From NCBI RefSeq assembly GCF_009914755.1, contig NC_060938.1: DNA of 64,000 nucleotides, one strand, 5' to 3'. Of the stretch, positions 26,638 to 40,491 are shown one piece after another; positions within the stretch are counted from its first letter, which is position 1, and each line of letters starts with the position of its first letter. The DNA is from the human T2T-CHM13v2.0 reference genome, Homo sapiens. The notes beneath the pieces are model-generated. The model was not told the DNA's origin, did not search any database, and worked only from the letters and a program-made list of their open reading frames with translations. The position numbers were made by a program, and so were the translations under genes.

Positions 26638-26985
26638 CTGTCATGCCTCACTTAACAACTGGGATACATTCTGAGAAATTTGTCATTAGGAAGTTTCATC
26701 ACTGTGAAAACATCATAGAGTGTACTTACCCAGACCTAAGTGGTATAGCCTACTACACACCTAGGCTGTATGGTATAGCCTATTGCTCCTAGGTTACAAA
26801 CCTGTACAACAGGTTACTGTACTGGAAACTGTAGGCAATTGGAACACAATGGTAAGTATGTGTGTATCTAAACATATCTAGACCTAGAAAAGGCACAGCA
26901 AAAATATGGTATTATAATCTTAAAGGACTACCGTCACATATGCAATCCACTGTTGACCAAAACATCATTATGCAGCGCATGATTG
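26638..26985 (+). mobile_element. TcMar-Tigger MITE (Tigger3a/MER7A-like)
   Basis: TIRs ctgtcatgcctcacttaacaac...catcattatgcagcgcatgattg with TA target duplication; internal ggtatagcctactacacacctaggct. Confidence 0.88.
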
Positions 26986-29839
26986 TATCTAGAACTGGCC
27001 TGACCAGTACACGCAGGAGAAAGCATATGGCATTTGCCAAGTGTATTAGAGCTGAGAAATCATCCTACTTCTTCCTTTTATCTTCTTTTATTTATAAAGT
27101 CATTTGTATTCCAGAAGATGCTATTATTTAGCCATTCTTACCTCAATGTTGATCCCTTAACACAGAGAAAATGATCCTGCTAAAGGGAAAGAGAGATTAA
27201 AAATGAGGTGAATCACTAAATTGTTAACACTATAACCACAGGCTAAATCAACATGCACAGATAGAGCCAGGATTGCTTAAAATTGGTTCAGAGAGCCACT
27301 TCTGTGCTGAAGGAAGCTACAAGTTTTAAAGTATTTCATTAGGTCACATGCTTATCTTGTTCAATTATAGCAAGTTCAAGGTCAAATCAGAACCAGCAGC
27401 CTAACCTGACAGTAGCCTAGGGGACATTTTTTTTTTCCTGATGTTCCCAGGTGTTCACGGAATTTTCTTCTCTGAAGATTTGAGAATAAGTCTCATGAAC
27501 TCCCAGCACCAGGACTAACTCAAACCATGCCCTCCCTACATGGCATTCATAACCCAGAAAGCTAGATCCCTTTTACCTTCTTCCCCAGGAAAATTTGTAA
27601 ACTAAAGCCCCAGGTTATTGGATACTTAGATGGGCCTGCAAGGTTGTGTACAGAGGTAACTGAGGAGTCTTGGGTGGAAGAAATAATTTGAGCAGGAAGA
27701 GCCTCACCCTCTGCGGACCACCTGACATCTTACAGTGCTGGGCTTCAGCACTGTTGACATCTGAGGATCATCTAGGATTTTAGAGTTGAAAGGGACATTA
27801 GGATAGTTTGGTTCAAGCTTCTCATTTGCAGGTAAGGAAATGGATAGGGGAAGTAACTTGATCAAGGACACACTAAGGGTTTTTGGCTGAGCTGGGAATA
27901 GACTGAGATCTCTTATTCAGCCTAGTCATATTTTCACTACCTGCAACAGTATTCAAAATAAAACTGTAGCTGCAAGAAGGTGAACCCAGCTCTCACATAC
28001 ACCTGCTCTGATTTAATTGGCATTGTCCAATTTCTGCCCTGAAAATTCAGGTTCGGAAATGCAACGGCTGAAATTGTTGGAGGTTGGTTTCAAAAGCACT
28101 CTCTAACCATCTCTCCTCCCTGCCCCCATCCCTGCCCTCCTCTGGCAATTCCATTAAAAATAGCTTTGACTTTAAATTGGCCTAGAGATCATCATCGACT
28201 CTGCAATTATATAACCCTTCAACTAAACGCATTATCATACCAAGCAAGACCCAAATGAGTTTACAGCATGACTGTGCTACCTGAGAGGAAAGCCAGACCC
28301 CTGCTGGGAGTCTGCAGAGGCTCTGAGGAGACTCAAATGTGCAGGTTCCTCCTCTCCTGAGCGGGTGTGTGGGTGGGAGAGAGCGCGTGCTCCACAGAGT
28401 CGGAGCGGTGGTGTTTCCTTGTCTCTTCCTCTCCCGTGACCAGGCAGGGCAGATACACAAGGGACTTTGCAGAGCCAGGTGGGGCTGACAGACGAGTGTC
28501 CGGCTCCCTAATCAGGAGACACGACCAATAATTCCCTACACAGAGATAATTGGAAGGATATAGAATCCTAGATTCTGAAAATGGTAGTGCTCTAAGGATA
28601 CTTAAAGATCAATTTGTCTGTAGATCTTTACCCTTCTTTCCTAAGATGAAGGAGCTGAGGCCCCACGAGAGGAGAGAATTCCAGGAAGCACTTGGGAAGA
28701 TGGCGGCTGAGTCAGGACTAGACCCCAGCGCAGCGCACTTGGCACTCGATGTGCTTTCCCTGCCCGAGCTTTGGATTCAGTCATCTTTTCTTCCCCACTT
28801 CTCTTCCCTCAGAATTTGAGGAAGGAGCCCCCTTCTTCTGATAAAGTGCTAAAGAAATTACCTTTTGCAAAGATGATTCCGGATAGCAGCCTTTTCATTA
28901 CTGGCTACTTGTGCAAAATAGTGTAATGGTTAAAAGCCCAAATTCTTTGCTTTGACTCCCATTGCCTCGGTTTTCCCTTCTGGAATAATGGCTCTAACTT
29001 TACAAAGTTATTATAAAGAATAAATGGAAAATTCATAGGAAGTACTTAGCACAATTCCTAGCACACAGTAAGGCCTGACACATATCAGGTGCTCTTATTA
29101 CTCCTCAGCCTGTGCCTGAGGAGAGGGACGATGGGAAGCACAGTAGGAGCAGGTGGAGGCTGTCCTAAGGGAGCCTGAAAAGTGGGTGGCACAAATTAAG
29201 AAGTAAGTGTGCCTCACTAGCTGAGCACACAGCCAGTGGCCACATGGGCTGGGGTATTTATGCTGGACTTTTCACTGAGCAATTCTGTCAACTGTGACCT
29301 GGGGCAAGTTACCAAATCTTTCTAGGCCTCAGATCTGCAAAATGAAAGGGTCCAACCAGATGATGTCTGAGGCACATTCCAGCTTAAACACCTGTAGATT
29401 TCTAGAAAAATCTTCCTTCTCATGTGAGAAGGGAAGAAGCGGAGGTCCTATGCCACCTGAAAAAGTATCTCCCAGACCGTCCCTCCCTCCACTCATTTAA
29501 CAAAGCCTTTGTCAGACGCCTTCCAATGCCAGGCCCAAGTTTCTCAAAGGAATGCCTAGGCTTTTATTTTGCAACAGGAGATGATGAGAAGAAAGAGAAT
29601 TGGCACCCCCCTCCCCCACAAAGGGAGGTAGTGCTGAAAGCTCAGAGAGGGGGTCATAGACTTTGAACTTGGATGTAGCCTGGGCCGGGGTGGCTGGGGA
29701 AATAATAAATATGGCGCTTGGGTCTTCCTGACTCTCCTCCCCGCTCCCAAAAATACTAATAATTGTCTGAGAGGCCAGGGGTGGAACCAGATACTACACA
29801 TATTTGGTGCATACTAACTAAATGGCGAGCATTGAGAAC

Positions 29840-29841
<2 letters not shown>

Positions 29842-29885
<44 letters not shown>

Positions 29886-29888
29886 TGC
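29842..29888. repeat. (TG)n microsatellite, ~18 perfect units
   Basis: Read directly. Confidence 0.98.
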
Positions 29889-30612
29889 ACGTTTGTGTGC
29901 AGGGTGGAACGGGAAGGATCTGTGGAGCCCAGCAGGAAGCACAGTTTGAGAACTTTGGCTCTAAGGAACATGGTGCTTCCAGATGCAGTGAGAGCTGGCT
30001 AACAGCCATGTTGTGTATCATCTCCCCTGTCAAAGCAGGCCCAGGCCTTTAAGGTGCCAGGCACATCACCCACTTCATCATTGGTTCTCAGGTACAACAG
30101 TATGTCATTAATATACCGGCTGGAAGGTCAGAGGAAGCAGTGGTATGCCTTCATGTGTGGCTCTCGAACAGGTAATTCCCAGTAAGTTTTCCTCCTCTCA
30201 CAAAAGGGGAGCTCCAGCCACCCTTTCTGACAGGGCTGCTGCTTCTCCATTTGAAAGGAAGCTGGCACTTGCACAGAAGGTTTAAAGGGGCACAGCCGAA
30301 CCTCTGCCTTTAAAAACAAATCATTGAGAAAGAAAATGATGCAGATTGGATTCTCCGCATGGAATTTTTAGCAATGGTACTGCTATATCACAAGCATACC
30401 AATAGATAAATTTTATCCAAGCAGAATTATCAACAACATCTGAGTGTGATTCTCAGACTTTTCAACATGAATAAGCCAATCTGGTTTGGTGGCTTTTCCT
30501 AGCAGAAAACTGAGATGTCTTACCACATAGCCTCAGACACATAGCTTGATTTTTTAAAAAATTACCTGTGTTCTCCAGGGGATCCCTGCCTGGGATTCAG
30601 CCTACTTCCAGT

Positions 30613-31044
30613 TCTAATGGATACTAAGGTGTGCAGCCCAGATTCCCCTTTGGGACTATACCTTCTTCTTCTAGCTGCTGAGAGTCTTGGTGCCCAATGT
30701 GGCTGCTGAGTGCCCCTCTTAGGATGCCCTGTGTCCAAAGAGCTCTCTCACTTAAGGTCATGCCCTCATAGGGTGGAGTGGGAAGCCCACATCCAGTGAC
30801 TAGCATGATTCCTTTCCCCACTTGGAGACATTTCTGAAGGGTCATCTGTGCTTAGAGCTCCTCATGGCCCAGGATCCACTGAGGTCTTTGTGTGACTGGC
30901 ATTGTGTTCCACCTTCTGTGCCCAGTTGGGCTTCTTTCACTTCCTCCACAGGTATGGAGCCTTAGGGCTTAGTTTGAGCATTAAACCTCCTTCATGCAAA
31001 TCTTCATCTGAGAATATGATTTCTGGGAAACCTGACCTGCAACA
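30613..31044 (+). mobile_element. ERVL solo LTR (LTR16-like)
   Basis: Start ggatactaaggtgtgcagcccagattccccttt; end attaaacctccttcatgcaaatcttcatctgagaat...tctgggaaacctgacctgcaaca. Confidence 0.75.
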
Positions 31045-31093
31045 CGAGTTATCAACTTCTTTAGGTTGCTCTTAACTACACAAAAACTAGACC

Positions 31094-31660
31094 TGTGAGT
31101 ATGAATTAATCATGCTTTTAATTTTTTTTCTGTATTTTCTGATGCTTTGACATCTGGGGCATTGCTGTCTCTAGAGAGACTACTTCTCCTGGGACCAGCC
31201 AATTTCTAGTGATAGTAGAGGACTCAACCTGCACGTGCACCTTTCATATACAGATCAACCAATCCAAAACCTACACCTCCAACCACCTCCTTTAGGGAGC
31301 TCTCACACTCCAGACCACTATCCAGCTGCCCTAATTACCCCTGGTGCCAGACAGTAGAGGCAGTCTCTACACCCTACAGCTCAATCAAGTCATTCAAACC
31401 CGATAATCCTAAACCTGCTTACTCTGCCCCTCCCATTCTTTGCCACTGAATCCACAGTAGAGCCTCTTGTCCATGTTTTCCTCTTGCTCCTTCTGCCTTG
31501 CGGCTGACCCTGGTGCTTCCCCATTGGCCTGCATGGAGGCCATGCTTCCTATTTACAGGGATCTGTGAGTATAAATACTTCTTCCTTCATGACTGTCATC
31601 TCCATGTCTGTGCATCTTACCACACCTGATTAAAATAAATTCCAGGTAAATTTTAAAACA
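31094..31660 (+). mobile_element. ERVL solo LTR (MER74-like)
   Basis: gatgctttgacatctggggcattgctg...agccaatttctagtgatagta...aaattccaggtaaattttaaaaca. Confidence 0.75.
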
Positions 31661-32999
31661 AGGTATTAAAAAGAAGCTTCTCCAAACCAACAAGACATCT
31701 GAATCCCTTTATGTATCCTGCTCTTTAAGATGACAGAACCATGGGAAAAATGCCAGTGTTACTTATTACCCAACAAGCTGCCTGACGCTCTCTGGGCCAG
31801 GCTACAAAGGGCAGATTCCAAATGCTCCTGCTTTATACCCTGTTTCCATCCACCCTCTGACACCTTGCGTTCTTTTCTTATTCTGGAAGAAAACGTGAAC
31901 AAGAACCCTTTACACCAGAGGAACCTACCCAAATAAGCTCTCAGGTCTTCTGAAGCTGCTCTTGCATCTTCTCTGCCTAGAGCTCAGCCTTTTCAGCTCT
32001 GGCCATGTTGTAAGGTCTAAGCTCAAGTCTCTATTTATTCTCCCTTGTTTCTGTGGGGTCAATCTGATTCTAGAGGCATAATTCATTCCCAAGAAAGAAT
32101 GCCTTTGCTAGTGGCAAATATTAATAGATCTCCACATAAAATGAGAAATCCTTTTGGTGATGCTCTTCTTCTGTTTCTTAACCATCTGTCCAACATATCA
32201 CAATATAAAGCCTCAAAAGACATTCCAAGAGGCCTTTGAAGCATCTCCTGTTTCCAAGTTTGGGAATCTCAAGAGGAACCTGAAATGGAGTTTGGGATGT
32301 TCTGTGTGGAGGCATCAGGGGGACATAGGTAGAAAGAACACAAGCAGTTGTACACACACACACAAACACACACAATTGGTTTTCTAGGACACAGTGAAAT
32401 ATAGCTTTGCTGTATAAAGTCATTCAAGGATTGTTCTTTCATGAAATACTTGGGTCTAGCATGAGTTTGGAGCTCATACTGCTCATCTGAAACCTCTAAG
32501 GAGAAGTAATGCTGGGGAATTCATACACCTCGAGCCCCTCAAGAGCATGGCAGTGCAAGGACCCCACAGGACACTGCTCAGTAAAGTCCTACAGCTTTAC
32601 TCTTTCATTTAAGTGCAAGTAGTTTTTTGAGGGGGATTGGGGGAATGGTGTGTTTCCATGTGACATCTTTAGGTTTTATGAAACCAGCATTTGGGGCAAA
32701 GAAGCACTCTTTTCCCCCCCACCCTGGTGGCAAAAGTACTATACAAAATAAAGTCCTATTTCCAAGGCTACCGCTAGTCAATCTGAGGCCTTGGTGGGAA
32801 AACACTCTCTTTTTACTATATGTTGATTTCTTTGTTGGGTAAATGGAAATACTTTGCCCTGCTTTCTCCTACATGGACACTGTGAGGCTTCCATTTATGT
32901 GGTGTGCTAAGAAACCTTTGAAAGGGCTTTGCTATGGTCAAGCATCACTGGGGACCCCACCCACCTGATATGCTTACCCTGAGAATCATATGATGTCCC

Positions 33000-33375
33000 A
33001 GCTGGCAGGTGACATCAGATTTTATCCAGTTAAACATCCTCACTTTGCAGAGAATGAAACCAAGATCCAGAGGGAGGAAAGTAATTGCTGGAGACTACAC
33101 AGGCTACTTAGTGGCTGATGCATTTTCTCAGATCAGAAGCTCAAAGCAGTAGAATGCAGCAATCATGAGCCTGAGCTCTGGAGAGAACAGCCTGAATTTT
33201 GGATTTGCTACCAACCACTTATGCAACTTTGCATTAGTTAAGTTATATCTCTACCATCAACTTTTTCATCTATACGTTAAAGAGGACAATAACCTCATAG
33301 GATTGTTGTGAAGATTAAATGAAATAATTCTTGGCACATTGCCTGACAAATAACGTTCTGTATAATTGCTAGTTA
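33000..33375. mobile_element. Two back-to-back MIR fragments (- then +)
   Basis: ctttgcagagaatgaaaccaagatccagag (minus); aacctcataggattgttgtgaagattaaatga (plus). Confidence 0.7.
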
Positions 33376-33377
33376 CA

Positions 33378-33794
33378 TGTGTTGGAGACCAATAACGATT
33401 CAGGCTCCCCTTCCAAGTGCAAAGTTGTTGCTGACCAGATAGGGGCTACATTTCCCAGATGCCTTTGCATCTAGGTTGGGCCACATGACTGAATGATGAC
33501 TAGGGGAGTGTATGTAGAAGTGGTGTGTGTCAATGCTAGGCTAGGTGGTTAACTGACAAGTGCCAAACCTCCCCCCTCTATTGGTTGGATTATGCCAGAG
33601 CAACTCTGCCATCCCTGAATGGTGGAGCCAATACGATGGAAGCTGCCTGCATCCCCATCCCCAAGTTGTGGCTTAGATAACTGCCTGACCAGGACATTCA
33701 ACTTTATATGAGTAAGAAATAAACTTTCACTGAGTAAGCCAATGAGATTTGGAAGTTATTTCTGCAGCTAGCATGAAATACCATGACTAATATA
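33378..33794 (+). mobile_element. MaLR solo LTR (MLT1I/J-like)
   Basis: ctacatttcccagatgcctttgcatctagg...atgagtaagaaataaactttc...gagatttggaagtt...tgactaatata. Confidence 0.8.
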
Positions 33795-35231
33795 CCATGG
33801 CTATTATTGGTAAAATAGGACATATGTTAAGAAAACAGAAAGGGAAATTGGAGTGTTTAGTCAGTGTGACTCTTGGTTACAACTTCTGAGTTTGAAGGTG
33901 GGAAAGGTGTGCATTTGCCCATCCTACTTACACTAATCATCATACACAACCACTTACATTCTGCTAATAAGCAGCAGAGGGCAAAGAGGCAGAGTCTAGG
34001 CTAGCTGTGTCCTCCCTAGGGGCTCACATAGCTTTTCTGATGAGTAGTAAGAGGCTTCTAATTATTTCGGCTCTAGCAGTACATGCCTGTAAAATCCCTC
34101 GCAAGAATGGTAAAAGAATTAGAAATGCTGCAGGAAGTGTAGCAGCCAGGGGGTTGAGACAGCCGGGTCCTGTCCTCCCTCTGCCTTTAGCTTGCTGTGT
34201 GCCTTTGGCCAAGCCACACAATGTCTTGAGCCTTAGCTTCCTTATCTGTAAAATGAGGGACTAAAGAATCTTAAAGGATACTTCAGCTCTAATGATTTGA
34301 AAATTTTACTAGTTCGTTCATTCAACAAACATTTATTAAACACCGTGCTGGGTACTGGAGGCACAGTGATCTTTAAGATATGATTTCTGGCCCCACGATG
34401 GTCATAGTCTAGAGAGGAGTCAGGCATGACGGAGGGAGTTTTAGTGCAGTTTTCTCTGTCTATACGGCCATTTCTAGGCATCTTCCTCTATTTTAACTTG
34501 ATGTAAAATAGTGGAAGGAGGGGATAAGGACTACTTCACAAAGCCAAGTACTCTAAGAAAGGTGCTTATGCTGGAACGGCCCAGAATCTGCAACATGACA
34601 ACAATTCAGAAATGTCTTTTTTTCCCCATATCAGTTCAAAAAATACTGCATTTTAGACCCCCCCCAAAATGAGCCTATGGTCTCATAACCCCTCATTTTA
34701 CAAGAGAGATTAAACAGCTCATCTGATTCCCCTTCCTTGAAGAGATCAGGTCCAGGCTCCCTACGCCAGTCATTCTGAGTCATGGCCTTGGAAAGGAAGG
34801 GGTATTTGAAGAAGCATCTCCACTCTATGCCCCATGGAGGAGCCAGGTGATTGTTTCTCACAGCAGTGCCACCCAAATTCCTTGCTTCAAAAACCTCTGG
34901 ATTTCTTTTGTGGACACTATTGAACTGGGAGACTAGATGCTCCTGCTACAGATTCTGATATGTCTTGCTCTCGTCAAGTCTAACGTCCACAGCTTTGACA
35001 TGTGGTTGCTGAGAAACCACTGGGCCAGTTGCCTCCTTAAACCACTTCAGCCTCAGTTTCTGTATATTTAGCCTTTTTCAATTAGGCATAAAAAAATCCA
35101 TAAATGCAAAACTAGTCATGTAGTCAAATAAGGGTAGGGGGTTTGGAGTGTGGATTGTGGGGAAGAACCAGTGGTTACCTTCTGGTTGAAAGGATTCAAT
35201 CTTCTAAGGAAAACAAAAAGCCCCTTACTCG

Positions 35232-35245
35232 GTTGCCATGGGAAC
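35232..35245. promoter_or_regulatory. RFX X-box (GTTGCCATGGGAAC)
   Basis: One mismatch from the palindromic RFX consensus GTTGCCATGGCAAC, in non-repeat DNA; function untested. Confidence 0.4.
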
Positions 35246-35959
35246 AACTCTGCAATGCTAAGGATGTTCTGCAGGAGGCTGCCTGGGAGCCCAGCTGGGG
35301 AGAGGGATTTCTTTTCAATGAGGCTTTCTTTTCAAAAATTTTACATTTTTTTTTCAATTTGTGAAAAAAACAAACAAACAATTCTGTCAGCTCCTTTGAT
35401 TCCTGCAGGGGCTGGGAATGGTCCCACAGCCTCTGGTCTTAGGACATCCTTTTTTCATAGCTCAGCTGGCAAGAAAAAGGGCCATGGCCCAATATTCACT
35501 CCAAATGATTATGGAGTGGCTCCATATTTAAGAATTCAGACTCACTTAGGAGGCGAGCTTCCTCATCTCCACTGCCACAGCTCTATCCCTGTCCCACCAG
35601 GATGAGATGACTGGACACCCCTGTGTGAAGAAGCCAGGATAGAGCCAAAAGAAGAGCTATTTCAGAGAAAACTGGGGGACGAGGGGCGGTATGTGATTGG
35701 AGAAGGTGGCATCTTTTCTGTGTGACCTTAGAATCGTTTATTGCTCCCACTCCCACACCATACATTCACACAAAGATGGACAATGATTATTGGCTCCTGA
35801 CCCATTTTTTCTTTTGCTCTTTTTCACAGAAGACTCATTTCTCAGCCCACTCGCAGATGTTTCTGACTCAGACACACCCATGGGGTCCTTGTCCCCCAAC
35901 CACCCCTGTAGAAGAACTCCATCTTTACTGGTTCAAGGACAATGGGGAGGGCTCTGATG

Positions 35960-36180
35960 AGCTCTGATGTCAGACAGACTTGGCCTGGCCTGCTCTGCCA
36001 CTTCCTGGCTCTGTGACCAGGATCAGGACACTAAAACTCTATGACTCAGTTTCCTCCTCTGTACGATGGGTAGTAATAAACCCTACCTCCTAGGATTGCT
36101 GGGCATATCTTGTGATATATTGCATGGATGGCGCTTAGCCAAGGGCCTGGACCATAACGGGTATTTAATAAATGTAAACT
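35960..36180 (+). mobile_element. MIR SINE
   Basis: gctctgccacttcctggctctgtgacc...ctcagtttcctcctctgtacgatggg...atttaataaatg. Confidence 0.8.
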
Positions 36181-36288
36181 AAGCAAAAACAAACAAACAA
36201 CAACAACAAACAAACAAACAAAAAAACGTTCAGAGTAGATGACCTTCAAAATTTTCCTGCTCATAAGAACCTGTGATTTCTGCTCTCA

Positions 36289-36831
<543 letters not shown>

Positions 36832-36965
36832 TTATCACTCTCTCCTTTTCTCATTTTCCCTTAAAAGTAATTGTTTATATTAAAAACAAAGAGCATGGAA
36901 TAAAGAAATATAATGTTAATGATGTGTTTGGTGGTAGTAGACTATGTGAGGTGGCTTTTTTTATT

Positions 36966-37303
<338 letters not shown>

Positions 37304-37779
37304 TAAAATATTTTACAAAGTAGTGTTATCCAACATTCTGTCTACATGACCTCCATTTTTTCTGACATCTATTTAAGAGGACTTAACCATCCTCAAATGT
37401 TAATTATCTTTTCTACAGAGAACATTTTCAAGTTTCCATTTCCAGGTCTGGCCTCCCTCCCAGGCTCCGGTCCCCCAGGGTCAGCAGACATCCATGTGGA
37501 TGAGTCAGAAGAATCCATAATTATCCAATTGTACACAGTGTATTACAGTTTACAAAGCTCTGCCACACTTGTCTTACTTAATCCCCCAAATAGCCCTGTG
37601 ATAAGACTATGGATATAAACACCCCCATTTTACAGAAGAGACCACTGAGACAAATCAAAAGCCTTGCCTACTCGATTTCCATTTCAGTCAGTAGAAAAAT
37701 AGTAGAACTAGGAATCTGACCTCAGAGATGCTGAAGCCACTTCAGAACAGGTTTCTCCCAGGGTGAAATGTCTGGACAC

Positions 37780-38260
37780 CACAAGTTGATAATGTCTGCT
37801 CTAAATCCAGTGACCACCCCTTGCCTCTCTCTTCAGTAATATCATCACCACCTCTTCCCTCACTCAGTCGCCAAACATGGTAGTCATCTGACATCTTTCA
37901 CTGTCTTCTCCACTGCTTTACTCAATCAGCCCTTCTCCTTCACTGCTTCTCACATTGTCCCTTTCCCTCCATTCCCACTATGGCCTCTCATGTTCAAGCC
38001 CTTGCTTCTCATATCCTGATGATTCATTTATGAAGCTGGCCTCATTCTACCTGCAATCACTTTGTCCTTTACGGTAACCAGGTTAATCTCATCTATAGTC
38101 TTTTGTGCAAAAACTTCAATAGTTCTTGATTGCCTATGCAATGAAGTTCAAAATCAATGCCTGACAGGCAAGACCCTCTGCCATCTCCTGTAGGCCTGTC
38201 TTTCTTGCTTTAACTCTTATTATTGCTCTGTTCAGTCATTCAACTCCAGACATACATGTA
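37780..38260 (+). mobile_element. L2 LINE fragment
   Basis: cctttccctccattcccacta...aaaacttcaatagttcttgattgccta...caagaccctctgccatct. Confidence 0.65.
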
Positions 38261-38662
38261 TAATCTTTCCAAAACCAGTAAATAGTGTTCAAGAGATCTG
38301 GTGCCAAAAGAGCAAAAGGTGATACTTGCCTAGAGCCGTGGGTTGAAAAGGTTTATAAGACTATATTTGGGTCAGAGAAAAAGGGTGCCAAAATGAATTA
38401 GCAACATCTGCAACTGTCAAAAGGAAGAGGGATGAGGGTTGGAAGAAGGTGGCATCCTTTCTTATTCGTTATGTCTTTTATATTAGTTTGAAACCTAGGC
38501 CATGACCTTGTCTTTTTCCCCAGTCTAATTTCCCTTCAGCCACTTAACATAACACAGTGCCTTGCACACAGGAGATACTCAATAAATATTTTTAAATGGG
38601 TTCATAAATTTTTCTAAACTCATTTTGAGTTAAAATAAAGCTGGGGACCCATAGGACAGGAG

Positions 38663-39409
38663 CAGTAGTTCTCAGCCCTAAGGAGCTTTTATTTATTTAT
38701 TTTTATTTGTATAAATTTAAGGGGTGTAAGGGCAATTTTGTTACATGGCCATATTGCATAGTGGTAAAGTGTGGGCTTTTAGTGTATTCATCACCCAAAT
38801 AATGTACGTTGTACTCATTAAGTAATTTTTCATCATTGACCCTCTCCCATTCCCCCCACCCTTCCGAGTCTCCAATGTCTATTATTCCACACTCTGTGCC
38901 CATGCATATGCATTATTTAGCTCCCAATTGTAAGTGAGAACATGTGGAATTTGCCTTTCTGTTTCTGAGTTGCTTCACTTAAGAGAATGGCTTCCAGTTC
39001 CTTCCATATTGCTGCAAAAGACAGACTTTGTTCTTTTTTATGAATGAATAGTATTCCATTGTGTGTGTATATATACACATTTTCTTTATCCAGTCATCCA
39101 TGGATGGACAGTTAGGTTGATTCCATATTTTTGCTACTGTGGATAGTGTTGCAATAAATATTTGAGTGCAGGTATCTTTTTTATATAATAATTTATCTTC
39201 CTTTGGGTAGATACCCAAAAGTGGGATTGCTGGATCATATGGTAGTTCTATTTTCAGTTCTTTGAGAAATCTCCTAGGGAGCTTTTTTTTAAAAAAGAAC
39301 AAAAAACCCACTCATGTCTGGGCCTCATCCCCATGGGTTCTGATTTAATTAGTCTGAGATGGATCCAACACTAGCAGTTTTTTAAAGCTCCCAAGGTTGA
39401 GAACCACTG
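38663..39409 (+). mobile_element. MER5-like hAT MITE split by an L1 insertion
   Basis: cagtagttctca...ttctgatttaattagtctgag...aaagctcccaaggttgagaaccactg. Confidence 0.8.
38691..39272 (-). mobile_element. L1PB-like 3' end
   Basis: ORF2 C-terminal peptide ELPYDPAIPLLGIYPKE...WIKKM in the ORF track; 14-bp TSD ccta(a/g)ggagctttt at 38677-38690 and 39273-39286. Confidence 0.92.
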
Positions 39410-39725
39410 GTTTAAGGAAAGGACAGTGGATCACAGAAGTCCTGGCTTTACTGAATAGCTGTATGATCATGAACAAATCACTTTGCTTCTCTGGGTCTCC
39501 ATTTCACCTTTTAGAAAATAAAGCAGTTCTGCTGCATCATTTCTAAGGTGCATCAGATTCTGACAATATTCTTTTGTTTTTCCTAAAGAGTTTTCACCAG
39601 CAGAGTCCAGCTCTTACCTTGGGGGATCCAAAGCTTCATCAGATGCCCCAGAATTAGAAGAAATGGAAAGCCTAATGTATTTTCTTTCATTTTGTTCTTT
39701 TGCTCCAGTCTGCTGTAGCCATTGG

Positions 39726-39787
39726 AAACATTACTTCTTCAATCAATCAAAACATTGCTTCTTCAATCAATCAATCAATCAATCAAT
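39726..39787. repeat. 24-bp tandem duplication ending in (TCAA)n
   Basis: aaacatt(a/g)cttcttcaatcaatca twice, then further TCAA units. Confidence 0.85.
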
Positions 39788-40070
39788 AATAGTAAAGAGT
39801 AACTTAGGGGGGCATCATTGAGCCCCACCCATTCTTAGATATACACAGTCAACATTTTCTCTTACTTGTGAAATGTGCTTGAAGAAAAGTCCCTCAACTT
39901 ATCTTGCCACCCTAAGATTCCTCCTACATAGAGAACTGGGAGGCTTCTGAAATCAAGGACCTAATGAATTCCTTTATTTGCTTAGAACTACATGAGGAGC
40001 TGCAGGGAGAATACAAAGAAACCCAAAATTTTGTCCTGAGGAACTTAGAATATAAAGGAAGAAAGAAAAT

Positions 40071-40126
<56 letters not shown>
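40071..40126. repeat. Compound (TC)13(AC)15 microsatellite
   Basis: Read directly. Confidence 0.97.
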
Positions 40127-40128
<2 letters not shown>

Positions 40129-40259
40129 AGAACAAATTTGGGGCCCTAATAGTAAGACTGTTCAAGGGGTGCCCAGAGAATGAAAATTCCATGTTCCTCC
40201 CACCCTTCCCAGCTAGGTCTCTTTGACCTTAGCATGCTGATATCATCCCAAACCTACCA

Positions 40260-40491
40260 CTGGTTGAGTATCCCTAATCCCAAAACCCAAAATTGAAAAT
40301 GCTCCAAAATTGGAACCTTTTTGAGTGCCAATATGACACTCAAAGGAAATGTTCATTGGAGCAGTTTAGATTTCAGTTTTGGATTAGGGATGCTGAACTG
40401 GTAAGTATATAATGCAAATATTCAAAAAAAAAATCCAAAATCCAAAAACACTTCTGGTATCAAGCATTTTGGGTAAGGAATACTCAACCTA
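40260..40491 (+). mobile_element. TcMar-Tigger MITE (Tigger4a/MER46A-like)
   Basis: TIRs ggttgagtatccctaatcc...ggtaaggaatactcaacct; internal aaatgctccaaaat. Confidence 0.88.
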
